Source of the DNA: Hormiphora californensis
Lineage: Eukaryota > Animalia > Ctenophora
DNA: 64,000 nucleotides
Direction of reading: 5' to 3'
NCBI GenBank assembly: GCA_020137815.1
Contig: CM035354.1
Location: 3,038,001 to 3,102,000, forward strand
How positions within the stretch are numbered: the stretch's first letter is position 1; each line of letters opens with the position of its first letter. The position numbers and the translations under genes were made by a program. Below are positions 61,468 to 64,000 of this stretch, piece after piece. The notes under the pieces were generated by a model. The model was not told the DNA's origin and did no database searches. It saw only the letters and a list, made by a program, of their open reading frames with translations.

Positions 61468-63200
61468 ATGGCGAAGAGACTCCCCTTCGTCATGGGGACG
61501 TTCAACTTGCCCGGTTTGACCCACTCCCAGCGAGTATGCCGGCTATACAGGGCCACCCTCCAAATGATCTGGTCCTACCAGTGGAAGGATATGGATATAC
61601 AGAGACGTGATATGGTTCGAGTTCGACACTTACTCGACAAGAATAAGGATGTAAGTAACGTGATTACAAGGGGTAGGGGATGCTAGTAGCATCAATAATT
61701 AGGAGGGATGTTGTGTGGGTGTGTATGTGAATGAGTTCAGAGTTTTTATGTAACAGGAAAATGTGTTATTTCCCTGCCAACTAGAATGATGTTTGTAGTT
61801 TATGCATTGGGGGGGGGGGGGGGGCACACCGCACACACTTATTAGGTAGCCACTATTATTGGCCACTAGCCAAAAACAAAAAAGTTCACGATTAGATGAA
61901 CAGGATTGTAGTCAAATTGTTATAGTGGTAGATTGGTAGGGTGGTAGGGTGGTAGGGTTAGCAACTATTCAGTAAACATATCTATCTTGTTACTTAGTGG
62001 TAAAGAAGTTGCGGGGCTGTGAAATGTGAATCTGTAACATGTGATCTGTGTGATATCAGTGTATTTTATCAGTTGTAATACTCAGGGTTTGTTACTCGTC
62101 TTTGCAGTTCTTGTTTCACCACCCCCCTCTCTCTTGGTATCGTTTTCTGGATTTCTTTCGAACTATTTCAGGCATCATTAGATATCCTTTAACCCCTTAT
62201 CACTCAAGTCTCATTGTACCTCATTGTAATTTATTGTACTTCATTGTATCGTATCTGTGTCATATTATATATCCCCCACACGTTTTACTCACATCCCTTT
62301 TCACCCAGATTAAAGATCCAAAGAAACAGCGACTGTTGTACGAGGAGTGGGTTGGCCTTTTTGATAAATACAAGCACCCCGAACCTATTATCCATCCCTG
62401 GTCACCTGAGGGTACTGCCTACGACCGCCAAATCTACTTTCCAAAACATATTGCCTGTAAGTATATATTATTGACTTGTTTGAGTCAGGCTCAATTGAGG
62501 GTGGGTACTACCTCACCCACTGGGTAGTGTGGAGAGAGAGGAATGGTGGATGTATGAGGTTGATAGTTAAAGTTCTGTTTGTGTGTACAGTATAATTCGT
62601 TGTGTGTGGTCGGTTTTGAGGTTTTTCAATGGTATTGTTCCGGCTCTCACCTATCCCTCCACTCTTCCTCCCTTTCTCTCACCCTTTGGCCTATTTACAA
62701 TAGCCTACAATTCACAGTGGCATATATTGAGTGTGCTTTGGCCTATTTACAATAGCCTACAATTCACAGTGTGGCCTGTATTGAGTGTGACCTGGTGGGT
62801 TTGGGTGCCTCACACACACAAGGCTCTCCGCTACACACACACCCACAGACTCCGGGGGCAGGTGGAATATGACGGAGGGCGCGAAGACCCACAGACAGTG
62901 AGAGTATCACTCTTTGCGCGCGTAATATCTTACACACAACAAAACTGACCTCTCACACGCAAGAGAGAATGCTCCCGGAGAGTCCTCTGAATGCACCTGT
63001 GTTCTAAACAAATTATAAATATCCCCTTCTCTCTCTCAGTGGCTACACCGGAACAGTCCTGGTGGGTAAAGGAGTGGCAGCTAGATCGCAACATCAGCGG
63101 ACTAAAGGAGTACGAGTGGGACAAGAGGCCTGGTTGGAGGTCACTTATCACTCGCAATAATAGGAGATCTCATCTAGTGGGCTACGAAGATGACGTCTAA
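61468..63200 (+). CDS. NDUFB9: NADH dehydrogenase 1 beta subcomplex subunit 9 (LYR family), 3 exons
   Basis: Exons 61468-61650 (LTHSQRVCRLYRA..DKNKD), 62309-62456 (IKDP..KHPEPIIHPWSPEGTAYDR) and 63040-63200, with consistent splice phases. Confidence 0.88.
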
Positions 63201-63423
63201 ATATATATATCAAAAGAGACAACAAGTTATATAGTGCCTTGGAAATTGTGTGCCCCCACGGGGCCGGCCTTGTTAAGTTATCACGTTTTGTATACAGTTA
63301 AACTCTCGATAATATATTCCAATTACCCATCTCCAGCGGCCAGCCCCATTACTCCTCCTGTCCCCTCCCCTCCCCGCTCTTTTTCTCCCCAGCCGTTAAT
63401 CACCTCTCTTCCTTTAGCTAAAG

Positions 63424-64000
63424 ATGGCTCACGGTGGATCATTCTCAATGCCAGGCTACAGCCCCTTTTCTGAGGACCTCGCCTTTGACATGAAGTCCAT
63501 GTCGCTGCAGGCTGGTCCCAACCCCAACAACAACCCGGGCGTGCACCTCCAAAATGTGTTCCATGCCAACCCAGGAGCGAGGGGAGCCGCAGCAGTTGGA
63601 GGGGCAGGTAACCAGTCTTCCGCAAACATGCAAAAAGATCAATTTATGTCAATGTTGGGCCTCCACTCGCCCCAGCAACAGTCACAGCAACAGTTCAGTC
63701 AGTATCCTGGGTTCCACCAGCAGCAACAACAGCAACCCAAGTATACCTCCCCTCAGCAGCACCAGCAACACCAATTCCATCAGTACCAACAGCAACAGCA
63801 ACAATTTGCTAGACAGCAGCTTCTCCAGCAACAGCAACAGATGATGGCACAGCAACAACAATCTAGGATTGCCCGGCCACCACAACAGCAACAACCTACA
63901 TCCCCCGGAGCGCCTATCCAGCGAGCCCCTGGGACCTCCCTGTCCGCCTCACCGGGCATGGCACCTGCAGCTGGCGCCTCGCCAACACAAAATAGCAGCG
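63424..64000 (+). CDS. N-terminus of a glutamine/proline-rich protein, truncated by window end
   Basis: ATG at 63424 follows cctttag. The frame MAHGGSFSMPGYSPFSEDLAFDMKSMSL...QQQ stays open to the window end, and is absent from the ORF track because it has no stop. Confidence 0.65.
   Translation, partial: MAHGGSFSMPGYSPFSEDLAFDMKSMSLQAGPNPNNNPGVHLQNVFHANPGARGAAAVGGAGNQSSANMQKDQFMSMLGLHSPQQQSQQQFSQYPGFHQQQQQQPKYTSPQQHQQHQFHQYQQQQQQFARQQLLQQQQQMMAQQQQSRIARPPQQQQPTSPGAPIQRAPGTSLSASPGMAPAAGASPTQNSS

Noticed and set aside
62849-62897. Extra NDUFB9 exon bounded by cag/gtgag
   Set aside because: Including it shifts the last exon out of the more plausible frame; the three-exon model is already phase-consistent.

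Overview
Gene-dense, intron-containing animal genomic DNA. It is most likely a ctenophore: several dispersed repeats resemble ones I recall from Pleurobrachia, which is an inference. Seven genes run head-to-tail on the minus strand (POP7, an unknown coiled-coil gene, DNM1L, CDK5, PIH1D3, PPP2R3C, parvin), and a C2H2 zinc-finger gene is nested antisense in parvin intron 1. Five genes run on the plus strand (PCNX4, a very long alpha-catenin-like gene, PARP16, NDUFB9, a partial Q-rich gene). The two sets diverge from an ~8-kb nested transposon stack: a Helentron/DINE-like element containing an intact RTEX-like LINE, a palindromic piggyBac-type element and a MITE. A ~9.7-kb foldback element built from 32-bp minisatellite arms carries a full-length L2-like LINE in one arm. 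The most notable observations are (1) very short gaps between co-oriented genes with a 3' splice acceptor just upstream of nearly every start codon, suggesting operons resolved by SL trans-splicing; (2) an alpha-catenin-like protein about twice the normal length with repeated M-domain-like bundles; (3) the foldback element; and (4) an A-AAA-AAC -1 frameshift site joining LINE ORF1 and ORF2. Some stretches look like low-quality sequence. All exon boundaries were inferred by eye.
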